Assembly: GCA_021613535.1 (NCBI GenBank)
Contig: CP075493.1
Coordinates: 2,666,001 to 2,730,000 of the forward strand
Length of the DNA stretch: 64,000 bases
Source of the DNA: Adineta vaga
Taxonomy: Eukaryota > Animalia > Rotifera
Direction of reading: 5' to 3'
In this document: piece after piece, positions 39,327 through 52,645 of the stretch
Layout: each line of letters begins with the position of its first letter
How positions within the stretch are numbered: position 1 is the first letter of the stretch
The notes under the pieces: generated by a model
Told to the model about the DNA's origin: nothing
Database searches by the model: none
What the model saw: only the letters and a program-made list of their open reading frames with translations
Program-made: the position numbers and the translations under genes

Positions 39327-41119
39327 TCACGATGAATTATGATAGATTTTTTGGACATATATTTTCTCGAGATAATCAATAAAAGCTCGTGTCATTGTTA
39401 TATATGTAGCAATATGTTCTGATGCATGTTTTAATTCAGTATTATGGATAAAATAAGGTATCGAAGTAATGGTTAACATCAAATTTTCGTCATCAAGTGG
39501 TTGACGATGTGGAAGAAGAAACCATCTTTCTAGAGTAGCATCGTATTCAACACCGGTATATGTTATAAACATTCCTGTATTAATATTCATTAAACCACGA
39601 TTTAAAGCTTTAACTAATGTTAAACCATTTACACGTATGGATATGATATTTGTTGGAAATGGTAAACAACGTAAGATATCATATTGAGTGATTGTACCCA
39701 TGATTTGATCATCAAGACGAATAGCACCTGCATTAAATACACATATTGTTGTATTTGCCACATCCATCATTGCATTACATAGTGCGCGTGTTAAATGTGT
39801 TTGTTGAGAACGTATAACTGCAGAACGACCATCAAAATTAAGTCCTTCAGGTAACACACAAATTACACGTTCAGGTACGTAACCTAAAGAAATCAATTGT
39901 AAATACAATAATAAACAAATTGTTGATAATTGATAATTTACCTTGATCTCGATATGCTTGTAAACCAGCTTCATAGAAATAATTAGCCACTTTGGCTGTT
40001 TCAGGTTCATCTTTAAAACGTGGTGAAACTTGTGTTAATTTTGAGAAAATCAATAATTGTCTTGTTTTCGGCTGATATGCAAATCGATGGATGAAAACTG
40101 TAAATGCATTATCATCTGCTTTATATATTGGTGTATATTTTGATCCACGTTTTAGATAATAATTTTCATGTTCATGTCCACCCATGACAACATCAATATC
40201 AAGATTATGTTCAACAACTTCAATATCATTTTGCATATTTAAATGTGTTAAACAAATCAAAACATCCCATTTTAATTTCAAGTTTTCACGAAGATATTTT
40301 ATATATTGATGTGTAAATTCTGGTAATGTTCGTTGTGATGTGATGGTTACATAAGGTCCAGTCGTTACTGGCCCCATATTATCATCAATTGTTAAACCAA
40401 TAAGAAGAATTTTGATATTTGATATAGTCAAAATTTTATATGGTAAAACATTATGAAATGTTTTCGTAGTATTACGTTCATAGACATTCGATGCTATCCA
40501 TTCAAATCGTGATTCATCCAATCGACGTCGTAAAGAATCAACTTTCAAATCAAATTCATGATTACCTAATGTAGCATAATCTAAACCAAGAGTATTGAAA
40601 GCTGCTATCATTTGTTTACCATTTAACATTGATCCATTGACAATACTATTACCTGAAAAAGTACAGATATACATCATTTTTAACTCTCAATCATTCTCTA
40701 TTCTTACCTAGAGCTGATGGACTGACAACATCACCGGCAAGAATCGTAATTGTATTTCGATTTTCTTGTAAAAGTAATTGTCGAATAGTTGCTACACGAG
40801 CTAGGCCACCTTTTTTCCCTCCACCTAATGGTATTAATTCATAAACATCATTCATTTGAAGAAATGTCCATTGCACATATGATTCAGGATGATTAAGTTC
40901 AGGTGGTGAACCAATATCATTAAGGTATGATGACAATAATGATCGCTGTTGAATATCAATCGTTGATGTTACATTATTTCTATGCCATGGTCTATCATAT
41001 TCGTTTGTATATATTGGACGAAACCAACCAAATAATGCTGTTATAACACAAAGAATACAGAGTGATATTAAGAGATATAAGTGCCAAAGAGTTAATTCAA
41101 TTTTACTCCGACAATTCAT
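39327..41119 (-). CDS. Bacterial-type 5'-nucleotidase/metallophosphoesterase with N-terminal TM anchor, 3 exons (introns 40653-40707, 39884-39941)
   Basis: MNDVYE..GGLARVAT..ILAGDVVSPSALG; TLGNHEFD; LTHL; MGGHEH; C-terminal domain FNAGAIRLDD..ITQYDILRCLPF. Confidence 0.88.
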
Positions 41120-43110
41120 TATTAATTATAAATAAAAAATAATAATAATAGAATTTCGAAATTTAAATCTCCATGATATTGATATTACATAAACATTGTA
41201 ATCGTTTTTCTTACTCTTTTTTTTTCGTCTTTTTTTATCGCACTTTTGATAAGCGATTCATGTTGTTAGTAACGTAAATGAGAATATGCTTGATATAATA
41301 ACTTCAATATGATAACGTTGACTTGTCTATATCGCAGACGAATTATATGTTTTCACTTGTCTAAAGAAAATTACCATATCTATTGAAATAATTTAAATAT
41401 TTTCGTTTGGTTATGTGATGCCATATACATGAAGTTATATACAGAATATTCAAGCAAACTTTTAGTTATATATACATATAATATGCTTGATTAAATACTT
41501 ACTTGTATGCTACGCAAGGCGATACTTGAATAGCAAAATAAATCTGTTCTTTTTTTTTATTTTATTTCAACAAATAACTTGTTGTGCTTTTTGAAGGACA
41601 CAAAAAACGAAGGGAAGAGAATATGAACGAATAGATTTTTCTTCATGTTTATACAATCTCACTTGACTTTAAATTAAAAATGAAGTGTATAGAATTTGTT
41701 ATCTATGGGAAGAGAAGAAAAAAAGAATAAATGAGGATGATGACAACCAGAAAAGAAATGATACATTCAACATTTATAGAAAGAACAGAACGATTAGTAA
41801 CTTATGGATACGTTTGAATCAGATTGGCGATAAATGATATAAAACAGAATGTTCCGAATGCATAAAGATAAATAATTATCTAAGGCTTCTTTTTCTTTTA
41901 CCGATCTTTACTTTAAATTTTATGAAACAGAAATGAATGGAAGGTATGATTATTCTTCAGAATAAAATTGATCTGAATTGATGAACAAAATCGAAGTAAC
42001 ATATGTTTCTTTTTGGATGTACCATACGTTCAAATATTTGCAAAAGGAAAAAACTATCACTAACGGGTCCAATAATATTGATGATAATACAACGAAAAAG
42101 AATCGATGAAGATAAGAATAGAAGTAGAAAACATCTTGCTGACCATATGTATATAATATTCGAACTTTTGTTTGACTAAACGATAAATACGAATTGCAAT
42201 CTTAATGTCAACATCATTTGTGGATACGACAGAAAATTTCATCGATACCTTCGACACATATTCTTTATAGTATAGACTAACGATCAAATTGACATAGCAA
42301 ATTGCGGAGTATTTAGATCGATCATGTCTAGAAAATGAAACGTTGGTTAATATCAGCTTTGGATAGATGAAAGATAGTATAAACAAGTCGCATTTGTTTA
42401 TCATTTGAAATCCAAAACGACTTTTTTCGATATGTTTATCGGTAGAAATCTTTACAATTATTCATCACTTCACAATATCTGGGTAATCGCCTAATGATTA
42501 GTATGGAATAGCATTATTTCGAAGTGTCCGAGTTCAGTTATTCTTCGGGACAATCTATAATATCTCACACAGAGAAATCTGTGATTTAAAAGAGTCATGA
42601 ATGTTACATTCTTGATTTTGTTGAATAGAGATCAATATTTTCTTTCATATCTACATTTCTTTAACTCAATAATCGATTGGCCTCGATTTTGATTATCTAA
42701 ACTACGGAAATCGATGAAAGGAAATAAAGAGAAGGTCATACTTGATTTCCATAACTAACAAAAGACATGCTCTTCTCTTTTTCTACTAGAGAAAAATTGA
42801 ACTAGAAAATTTTATTTTTATTCATAATAAAATATTGAACGGATATATTTTTCTCTCATCAATTGTAAGTCCAATATTTCTATTGATTAAAATCGAATGA
42901 TATTACCGAACTACCAATGTCAAGGATCAGTGTGAAACATCATAGTAAAACAACAATGTGAACAGAAGAAAAGAAGTTCTTTAGATAAGAAAAGGCAAAA
43001 GAAATCTTTGTTGTTGTTCTTTTTTTTGTGCAAAATGTCTTTCGATTATTATCATCATCATCATCAACATTTTAGGCGAGTAGTAGAGATTGTTTTACTG
43101 GAACAAAAAA

Positions 43111-44126
43111 ATGGAGACTACTTTGAGTATTGATGAACTTATTCAAGAATTGGATCAACCAAACTTAAATGGGTGGAAATTATTTGCTGAAACTTCTAAT
43201 GTAAAAGTTTATCGCCGAATAGACGAAGAAAGTGTAAATCGTTGTTTTTTTCTCATGTTGATTAAATTCATTTTCATTATTGTTATAGAAAGTAATACAA
43301 TATAAATGTTATTCACATATATCTGATGTTACACCAGATATTTTCTATCAAGTTGCATTAGATGTCGATTATCGTTTAACTTGGGATAAATATCTCAAAG
43401 GTAAATACTTCATCTATTGTTTGTTTAGGTAAAACATTATTCACAATTTTTAGAAGCCAAAAAAATCAATGATGGAGAAAAGGATGGTATTTATTGGGAA
43501 ATGATCATGCCATTATTTATTGATAATCGAGATGTATATTTTCTGTTTAATTATAGAATTTCTATCCTTTTCTTTTTCATTCAACGATTAGTATACATTC
43601 GTCAGAGATTATGGTGAATATGATATTGGTAATCGTCATTTTTACCATGTTATGACACGTTGTGAACCATTTAAAAACATGCCACCAAGGAAAAAAGTTG
43701 TTCGCATTGAATCATGTCAAACACAAACCTTACTGTGTTCCGATGGAGAAAAAGGCCTCCAATGTATGTAGAAATTTGTGAGAATGGATTGACACATTCT
43801 TTTTATTTTCTCTTCAGCGGTTTTCGTCTATCATGAAGATCCACGTGGAAATATTCCGAAAGCTGTATGGAGTTGGGCTGCTAAAGTTTGTGAATATCTT
43901 TTCGAATTGAAAAATTTTCATTCTATAAAATCTTTAGTTTGGTGTTCCAATGTATGCAAAATTAACACATAATGCATGTCTTAATTATCCCGCTTGGATA
44001 AAAGATAAACAAGCAAAACTACCTAATGTCGTTGACGATGATTTCGACAGTGCTGCAGCTGCTGAAGCTGCTGCTATAAGAGCATCAAATGAAGACATAC
44101 AACAACATGAAGATGATCATGTATAG
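43111..44126 (+). CDS. START-domain lipid-transfer protein (PCTP/STARD2-like), multi-exon
   Basis: WKLFAETSNVKVYRR; QYKCYSHISDVTPDIFYQVALDVDYRLTWDKY; YWEMIMPLFIDNRD|YTFVR; HEDPRGNIPKAVWSWAAK|FGVP; stop TAG 44124-44126. Confidence 0.85.
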
Positions 44127-44130
44127 ATAT

Positions 44131-45267
44131 TTATTGAAAAAGTTTTTTCATTTTTAAACGTAATTCTGGAAACATAGCATCGGTACTATCGATGAATAGA
44201 TCGATACTACCAATTCGTGGTAATTGTCGAATTTGTAGATTTTCTATTTGAGCAAAGATTATATCGGCAATTGCTCCGCCATTAATTATTCGAAATGGTC
44301 GATTATGAAACTGAGTTATTTCAGTATTCATATTGAATTTTGTGAAATCAATTATATCAGATAGTTTTTCTTTGGTTAGTATTGCTAAGCGTTCATAGGC
44401 AAGATTAAGTTGATGTTCACGTTCTTGCCATGTTTTTGTTAATTGTACTTGTCGAAGTATCGGTTCTAAATCTGAACCATTTGTAGTACATCGCCGAAAT
44501 GCAGTACCAAACCATTTTGCATATGGATAAAATTGTTTTTCTAAAAGAAATACAAGTCGCATAAGATCACGTACTAATCGACTGGCGATTATTGCTGAAC
44601 CAAGTTCATCTTCTGCTTGTCCAGCGCGACCCATCAGATGTTCTTCTTGACCGATACGTTGCCAGCAACACCCAATTAAATATAACCAAACATCTTTTGG
44701 ATAATAAGCAAGTTGCCATCGAATATGTTTCATATTCAAACGATCTGAATCATGAAAAACACGACCTTGAGCAATAGTTAATAAATGTTGACTTGGAAAT
44801 GTTAACCAATCTTCATACGTAGGTTCATCAATATTAATTTGCCAATTAAGATAATTGATAAAGAATTGTTTCATTGTCATTATATGAATACCATGAGAAG
44901 TATTTTCCTGATCATTTGATGTATTAATAAGAGTTATACGTCCATCTTGCTCATTAAATCGTTGAAACTGTGTTGAATAACCACAAATAGATTTTCCTTG
45001 AAGATGTTTATTTAAAAATGTATTTAATTCATTGATATAATGGTCATTTTCAAGTAAGAGATCAAATTTTGGTCCCCAATCATGATCACGCGATTGATTG
45101 GTATCGAAACCAAGTACATCAGAACCTTCTCCAAGACGACAAGCTACATAATCAAGTGAAGGATAATATTCATCAAGTAATGGTTTAACAATATCGAAGA
45201 AAAATCGTTCACATAGATCAAGTCCCTGAACAAATGGAATATCATCTGGATATAACATGTCATTCAT
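44131..45267 (-). CDS. DUF4037-domain protein (bacterial-type, nucleotidyltransferase-like N-terminus), intronless
   Basis: LGEGSDVLGFDTNQSRDHDWGP; WLTFPSQHLL..GRVFHD; YYPKDVWLY..WQRIGQEE..GRAG..DELGS..RLVRDLMRL..PYAKWFGTAF. Confidence 0.85.
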   Translation of the reverse strand: MNDMLYPDDIPFVQGLDLCERFFFDIVKPLLDEYYPSLDYVACRLGEGSDVLGFDTNQSRDHDWGPKFDLLLENDHYINELNTFLNKHLQGKSICGYSTQFQRFNEQDGRITLINTSNDQENTSHGIHIMTMKQFFINYLNWQINIDEPTYEDWLTFPSQHLLTIAQGRVFHDSDRLNMKHIRWQLAYYPKDVWLYLIGCCWQRIGQEEHLMGRAGQAEDELGSAIIASRLVRDLMRLVFLLEKQFYPYAKWFGTAFRRCTTNGSDLEPILRQVQLTKTWQEREHQLNLAYERLAILTKEKLSDIIDFTKFNMNTEITQFHNRPFRIINGGAIADIIFAQIENLQIRQLPRIGSIDLFIDSTDAMFPELRLKMKKLFQ

Positions 45268-48203
45268 TAATTGTTGTATACTTTCGTGAAAATCTTATGG
45301 AAAGAAATATTGCACCATAAAACTTACAAAACAGTCATTCTTTTCATGATTCATCTGTTATCTCAATTGGTAAATCAAGTTGAGTCTTGCTTTTACCATT
45401 TAATAATCCATTGAAAGATATTTTACAAGTAAAATAATCGGTCAGTGAGTGGTACTATTGCTTAAACAATGAGACCAACTTCTTTTGTTTGAAAATGTTT
45501 TATTTCTCATTGAATTTCTCGTAGAACAGATGATCCATCATCGAGAAAAGAATCCAGATCATTATTTTTTTTTGCATTCTATACCTTTTAAAGTAACAAA
45601 TATTTACCATGAAATACGAATTTTCATAATTAGTTAATGACACTGTCTACTATACTTAGTTGAACAGCTAATATGAAAATCTAATGAAGCATGTTCCTGT
45701 ATATAGTGTTCACCTTTCGACTTTAATTTACTCTTCCTCTATGGGCTACTCATGTTCATTTAGTTTAGAATAAGAAGTAACATACATTAGTAAAGAAGGA
45801 AGAAGAAAGAGAAGGTAATCTGATTGGCTTAATCACGCATGTACTTCTTTTATTCTTCTTATCATCACAAGCTATAAATAGTTTTTTCATTATGATAAAA
45901 CTAGAATTCATTAATACTACTCATCCATCTATAGTTCGAAAGAAGGAGAAAAAAAAAAGTTAAGTTCATTGGCGTCAAATTTAGTGTTAGACAATCAATT
46001 TAAGATTAATTGCATATGTATCTACATGTTCGATATTCTCTAGACTCAAAAACATTCTTGACGCCAATAAGAGCAATAACAATAATTACATGCATCGAGA
46101 AAATCACTTAACATCAAGAATAATTATAGATATCGATAATCATTAAAACAATCGTTTTTCATTGTCTCTTGTTTTTTGTAATTATTAACTAATCGAATTT
46201 GCTCATCAAATCATTGATGTTGAATGAATATGAGATAAATATTAATAAAAAGCATCATGTCTGTCCATTATCATCTTCTGTCAATGTTCAATGAAGCAAA
46301 CATTTCAATTTGCTGTTCATATGGATATCGATAAGTAGAGAGAGAGAAAGGAGTGAAAGTTGTCATCATGATATGATTTGAATATATGTGTTCATTCTCT
46401 CGCTTCATTACCACCATTGAAAAAACATCTATTTATCATAGGTATATGCATTTGCTTTTATAAGATCGATTCGAATTACTAATAAACTTCATTTGATAAA
46501 GAACCGAAGATGAAAAAGAACTCTCCTGCTGAGATAACTGAAAAAAAAGAAGGCGAACGTCCGACTGGTAATTGTTTATATTTAGAATAATTTTCTCACT
46601 TAATTATAATGATAGGATGACATGCTTTTCATATTGTCACAAAAAAAAAGAACGGAATGACCAATTTTGTTTCTTTTTTCTCGTCAAGATAAAAAGAAAT
46701 AGATTGATAAGTGGATGAAATGATTGTGAAAAGAAAAACGAATGTTGAAACACTCGATGATTGCATGTTCACTTTCACACAATACAAGATATTCAATTAA
46801 ACACGAAGAAAATCTGATTTTCTTTATGCCATTGACTGAGTTCAAAGGAAACTTTCAAACGATTAATATAAGATATTTTTCTTTTAAAAAACTATTTAAT
46901 CATTTATCAAAACAAAATGTCAATAGTTTCTTTTAATCATTTTATTTATTTTCAAGAAACAAATGACATCATTCGTCTCGACAAGTTCAATAACATCTTG
47001 TTAAGATGGTGTAATGGATTGTCATTTATCTTGTTCTTTTCTTTCCAAAGAATGTATTGCACATTCAACTTTCCCATCCGTTTGATGATCAGTGTTATTT
47101 TCTTTTTCAAAACATCCATATTTACACTCGATAATTGTCCTCGACTGGCTGCTGCTTTAGGGGGTGCCGCTATTATCAAGAAGAAAAACAACACTGATCA
47201 TTGACACAAATTCTTTTGATGATAAGACATAATATACACGAAAATAGAAATTGAATTAAATAGATTAGTGTCCAACAAAATGCATTGCGGTATTTCCATA
47301 TTCTTATCTAGTAAAATAGATTTTTGTTTGATGCCGTCAGTCCATCAGTCTTCGAAAGATGACATTTGAACTAATTGCATTTTTGCTACTATTATTCAGT
47401 GAGCCTTATCGAATCTCATTTGGTTTGATCTGAATGTGAATGGACCCATTTTACTTTCAAAAAGACAAGAAGAAGAAGAAGAGAAAAAATGCCCGCCTTA
47501 TTAATGTCAAATGACAGGCGTGCTCATGCTTCTGATTTCTTCTCGTTGTCCCCCTGAGACAGACAGACAGATAGATAGATACAGAGATGCTCGCGCAATC
47601 GATAGGTGAAGAAGAATGCGTACATTATTATTTATTGAATCAAATCCGATTAATGCACATTTTGCTTTGACATATGAGAACAAGAGAGCTAGATACATTA
47701 TCAAATGACAGCATCACAACATAGTCAAGTAAAGTCCCTATGCGACAAAAGAGCAAAAGCTATTAATAAGCTAAACGAAATGAATGAACATCGATACAGA
47801 TGGTAGAGGTGCGAAATGAAATCGAATATTCGATTGATAAATAGATAAAACTTCTCATTATTATTATTATCATCATGTTTTTTTTCTCTTGTCTTTCTTT
47901 TTTTTTGTGTTTCTAAGGAGCGTGACACAAAGTTAAGTCGGCAAATTGATTTAATTGAGCTCTTATACTCTTCTTTTTTCCTCTGCCTCTTCATCATTCA
48001 GTCGATTATCACCTTAGGAAACTAAGAGCATGCACATCAAATTCATTTCCTGCTCCATTTGACGATGTCAGTTTCACTTTTCTTTTTTCCTACTCATATC
48101 TTTTTTTTCTTCTCAAAGAAAAAATTGTCGCCGATTGGCCGATTGAGAAACAATTATTAACCAAAGACATTCTTTTTCTTATTGGTTCTTATTCTTGATT
48201 GGT

Positions 48204-48262
48204 GAGAGAGAGAGAGAGAGAAAACGAGAGAGAGGGAGAAAGAGAGAGATACACAAACACAC
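48204..48262. repeat. (GA)n/(CA)n microsatellite tract in the Hmx proximal promoter/5' UTR
   Basis: gagagagag... runs directly visible; preceded by several ATTGG (CCAAT-box) motifs at ~48134, 48181, 48198. Confidence 0.7.
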
Positions 48263-48332
48263 AGCAGGAAGATAATTGTACAAAAAAAGCCAGTCGATGT
48301 AATTTCCGTTAGACATTAATCAAACAATTGAC

Positions 48333-49136
48333 ATGGAAGACGAACAAGATTTAACCATACAAAAAAAGTTAAGCTTTTCAATCGATACTATTCTTGACAA
48401 ACCTCAACCATTATTTCTCAAAATTAAACATCATCAACAATTATCACCAGCTCATGAACATCATGGTGGAAGTAGTGATTGTTCAGTCCTTTCAACAAGT
48501 GATGATGAAGACAGTTGTTCGGATGATGGTATTCTCAATCAATATAATCATCATGAAATTATTCATCGAAAAAAGAAAACACGTACAGTCTTTTCTCGTA
48601 CACAAATCTTTCAATTAGAAACAACATTTGATCGTAAACGATATCTATCCAGTGCAGACCGAGCTAATCTAGCACAAGGTTTACAACTTACGGAACAACA
48701 AGTTAAAGTATAAGAGAAAAAAAACTTTCCTCAAAATATACATTTCATTTCTATTTTGTAGATTTGGTTTCAAAATCGACGAAATAAGTACGTTTTTTTT
48801 TCATTCAGTTCTATAGAAAATATCCTATTGTATTTTAGATTAAAACGACAAATAGTTGAAGCAAGTCAATCAATCAATTCTGTTGTTGCATCTTTACAAA
48901 CACCAACATCATCCTCATCCAATCATACATTATCTTTACCGAGTGATTTTTCTTCGTCATCTCCACCAAAACAACAACAACAACATCATCGTCATTTTGA
49001 TCCAGCATCATTCTACGAATTAGCTACTCTAGCTGCTGCACATGCTGCTGCTGCTTTTCATAATAATCATAAAAGTCAAACTAGTACAACATTTCAAGAT
49101 TTTGCCAATTCTCTTAAAACTCAAACTGCCGTTTAA
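48333..49136 (+). CDS. Hmx: HMX/NK5-class homeobox transcription factor, 3 exons (26-nt micro-exon 48762-48787)
   Basis: eh1 motif LSFSIDTIL; homeodomain [47 protein letters not shown]|IWFQNRRNK|LKRQ. Confidence 0.9.
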
Positions 49137-50333
49137 TTTCGTTTTTGACTAAATTTCTTTGTCTCTCTTCTTTGTATGTCTATTCGTGTGGATGTATGTA
49201 TACTGACAAAAAAGAAAAATGCCAATTTATTCCAAGTAATCGACGCATTTTAACACAACTGTCATTTGATCTGACTGCCTTCAAACTGTGACAAGTATTT
49301 TAACTATTGAGAGACAATCTGCATATGTGAATGAGAAACGCCTAGTTTTCTTTTTTCAATTCTTTTCAATACTTATCGAACAAGTATTGATTGAATGCAT
49401 ATTCAAATCTAATCGACGGGCAGAAGGTGATTAGTCTTTTGACGCCAATGATTGAATCATCAGATGTTTTCAGATTGAAGAACAATAAGAACAACGCCTT
49501 AGGAAACAAACAGTCGAGAGACTCATTCAGATAATTATGATAAGAATTTAGACATTTTTTCTCTCTCTCTCTCTAGAAATCATTTCAGAGAAGCTTATTA
49601 TCAAATTTGATTAGATCTTTTAGTCTTAAGACTTTTTCAAGATTATATCTTCAAGTCATATTCGATTGGAAATCTCTAACTAATAGTAAAATATTACAAT
49701 TATAAAAGATGATCAATCTGATAGATTGAATATAGACAAGAAGCTATATGAATAAGTATAAACAATGTAAAGAAACAAAGAAAATTATAACTAGATAGAT
49801 TTTTTTCGTTTGATAATCTTAGAATATAATGACTGATGTTCCTTGGAGAGATGAATGTAGAAATTTCATAGGCAAAATTAAGTAACAACATCGAGTGCTA
49901 AAAGCTTAACAATTGTCAGTTGATCTTGACTTGTTGAATGTACTACATTGTAGTTGTTCGTAATTGTATCTATTAATTATCTATTCAGTTTTTTTTCCTT
50001 CTTCAATGCAAATAAAGAAATCGAATTCATTTACATATGAAATTATCAACATAGTTTCAGAATTTATGCATAAATAACTGTCGCTTAAAAGAAAATCTTT
50101 CAAGGTTACATGTAAAAAAAAGAACGAATTTTCATTATCACGTTCAGTAATTTCTAGAATTTAAATAGACAAAGACATGACCTGATGTGTCTTATGTAAA
50201 TAGAAAAGAAAAATAGATGGTAAGAGAAATGTTATCTAAAATCTTTTTTCGATCGTATATCTAGGCATGTCGTAGACACTATTTTTATTTATTCTATCTC
50301 TTTCGTACGTATCACATATCCGACTAAACAATC

Positions 50334-50732
50334 ATGATTGGTCAACGAGCTATATATCTATTTACATCTTTAGTTTTCATCTTAGTAATCATTACTTCAT
50401 CAGCTCCAATTGTTGATAAACAATTAATTACACAGCAATCAATAAGTTTAACAACAATTGAACCAATTAATTATGATGATAATGATAAAAGTGAATCAGA
50501 TGAAACATCAAGCGAAGATAATACCACTGTTTTCACTACATTAATGTCTGAAATAGTTACCACTGATCTTCCCATGATCAAGAATAATTCATTACCTTTT
50601 GATATTGCCGAAATTCTCAATGGAATCAATCCATTTCCAGTAGAAAAGGAAATGGTATTACCAGCAACACCAACAACTGATTTTCCCGAATGGTTTGAAT
50701 CTCATACTTTTGTTTATGAACAAAACAATTAA
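50334..50732 (+). CDS. Small secreted acidic Thr-rich orphan protein
   Basis: 132-aa single-exon ORF with a hydrophobic signal peptide (AIYLFTSLVFILVIITSSAP). Confidence 0.6.
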   Translation: MIGQRAIYLFTSLVFILVIITSSAPIVDKQLITQQSISLTTIEPINYDDNDKSESDETSSEDNTTVFTTLMSEIVTTDLPMIKNNSLPFDIAEILNGINPFPVEKEMVLPATPTTDFPEWFESHTFVYEQNN

Positions 50733-51086
50733 ACAAGTTACATAAAAACATTCGTTTTTGATTTTTTGTGTGTTTTGAACTTAATAAACTAGCTATTGAT
50801 TTTGTTACATTGAAACATTCTCTTCTTTATTTGATACGTCATTCAATTTTCGACAAAATGATGATCAAAATTATTTTCATACAAACAAATAGACTTTATT
50901 TACATAAAATATTCAATCACATATTTAATTATTTAGTTATTTTTCTTTTCTATTCTTTTTTTTTTTTGTTACTACAAGACAAAATAACAATGATGATTAA
51001 ATACAACGACAAAACATCACCGGATATCGTGAAACAAAGAAAGAAAGAAAGAAAAAACAAACATGACTTATTCATTCAATTTCATT

Positions 51087-52553
51087 TTAATCAGGCTCTA
51101 AAAGTGACATGAAATCGTATTCTGTATGAAGACTTTTTTCATGGGTTATATTCGTTGCAAATAATTTGTTCATAGTAATTGATTCAATATTTTTCTGGAC
51201 ATTTGATGTTGTTACATCAATTATAATATCATTCATTGGCGTCGTTGTTGACGAACGTGGACCAAACTTAAATTGATTATTAAAATAAAGTGTAATAAAT
51301 GGACATTTACCAAGAATAATTTCGAATAAATCACGTCGTAAACCAAACCACCCTATTGAAAAACGAAACAAACAAGAGTTACAATAGAATTCATATTAGA
51401 TAAAGATATATTTACATGGATTACTATCCGTCGCGCCGAATGAAAACGTCAGCCATGCTATCAAAGCAATCCATAATGGTATTGCTATCACAGTGTAGGA
51501 CATTTTCGCTATTTTGTCATTTCCTTCAAGATCCAGTCGATCCACAAGTAAAACCTAAAGTATGAAAACATTAAATATCAAAAGAACTTGGTTAATCTGA
51601 TCGATAAATGAATTTATCTTTGACTTACTGCAAAAATGCTAAATGGAATGAACATAAGAGCATAAACAATTGCTTCTGTGATAGTGCTCGATTCACGTTG
51701 ATTGGGTACTAAGCGACGAGAACAACGATGTATAATCGCAAGAATTAATTTTGAAATAACAAATAATAAAGCAATACATAATGTAATCCAAACTGGAACA
51801 AAGATGACCTATGAATATTATGAAGAATTATTTGATGAGAGAAATTCTGATCAATTAAAAACTACATACAACATATCGCCATGTAATTACAGAATCTAAA
51901 CGAAGTGGAAAGAATAAAAAGAAAAGTCCATTAGCTGAGATAAAAGCTTGAATCTAAATACAATCGAAGAATGATACAATTAAATCCGAAACACTTTTTT
52001 TTGCTCAAACAACATACGAGAAAATTTCTTTGTACTTTCAATGACCATAAGCATGATAAAAACGCCAGAAATGTACAGAGAAATAATGGAATAAAACATA
52101 TAATCCAACGACCTTCGAGCGGATGTTCTAATTTGTCACATGCAAGAATTTCAAATATAAATATAAGTAAATGAAGAAAAAAGTAGATAATTAATGCTCG
52201 ACAATCATTATCTGGTGAACGAAGAATTCTATAAATAAAAAATAGATACAATTGATTTCTATGATTAATTTACCTATCTCGTTCTCCATTTTTACACCAG
52301 ACAAATACGCCTGTACAGGCACCAAATACCACAAGCATTTTCCAGATGAATAATGGCAAGAAGACAAGCCAATAACTGATTTTAATATATCCATCTTGTT
52401 GTAATGCGAATAAGATTGAAAAGAGTAAAAGTGAAAAAGTTATAACAAAACGTCTACAACACAAAAAAGTTCGTTGTTTCTTTGGAATTCAAATAGGAAA
52501 CAAAGAAATCCTTACGCGGGATTACACGACTGAATATACTTCGAAGTGTCCAT
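51087..52553 (-). CDS. TMEM185: TMEM185-like membrane protein, copy A
   Basis: MDTSKYIQSCNPARFVITFSLLLFSILFALQQDG..YWLVFLPLFIWKMLVVFGA; FEILACDKLE; WFGLRRD..CPF; ends LEPD*. Confidence 0.85.
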
Positions 52554-52645
52554 CCATTATCAATTCATCTAAAATGAAAAACAAGAAGTTATTTTATATT
52601 TATTCTCCACAAAGGGCAAAAGAAAAGAAAGTCTCTTCTATTTTA

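Noticed and set aside
42040-42440. 114-aa minus-strand ORF
   Set aside because: No motif or splice context; probably chance or an unrecognisable relic.
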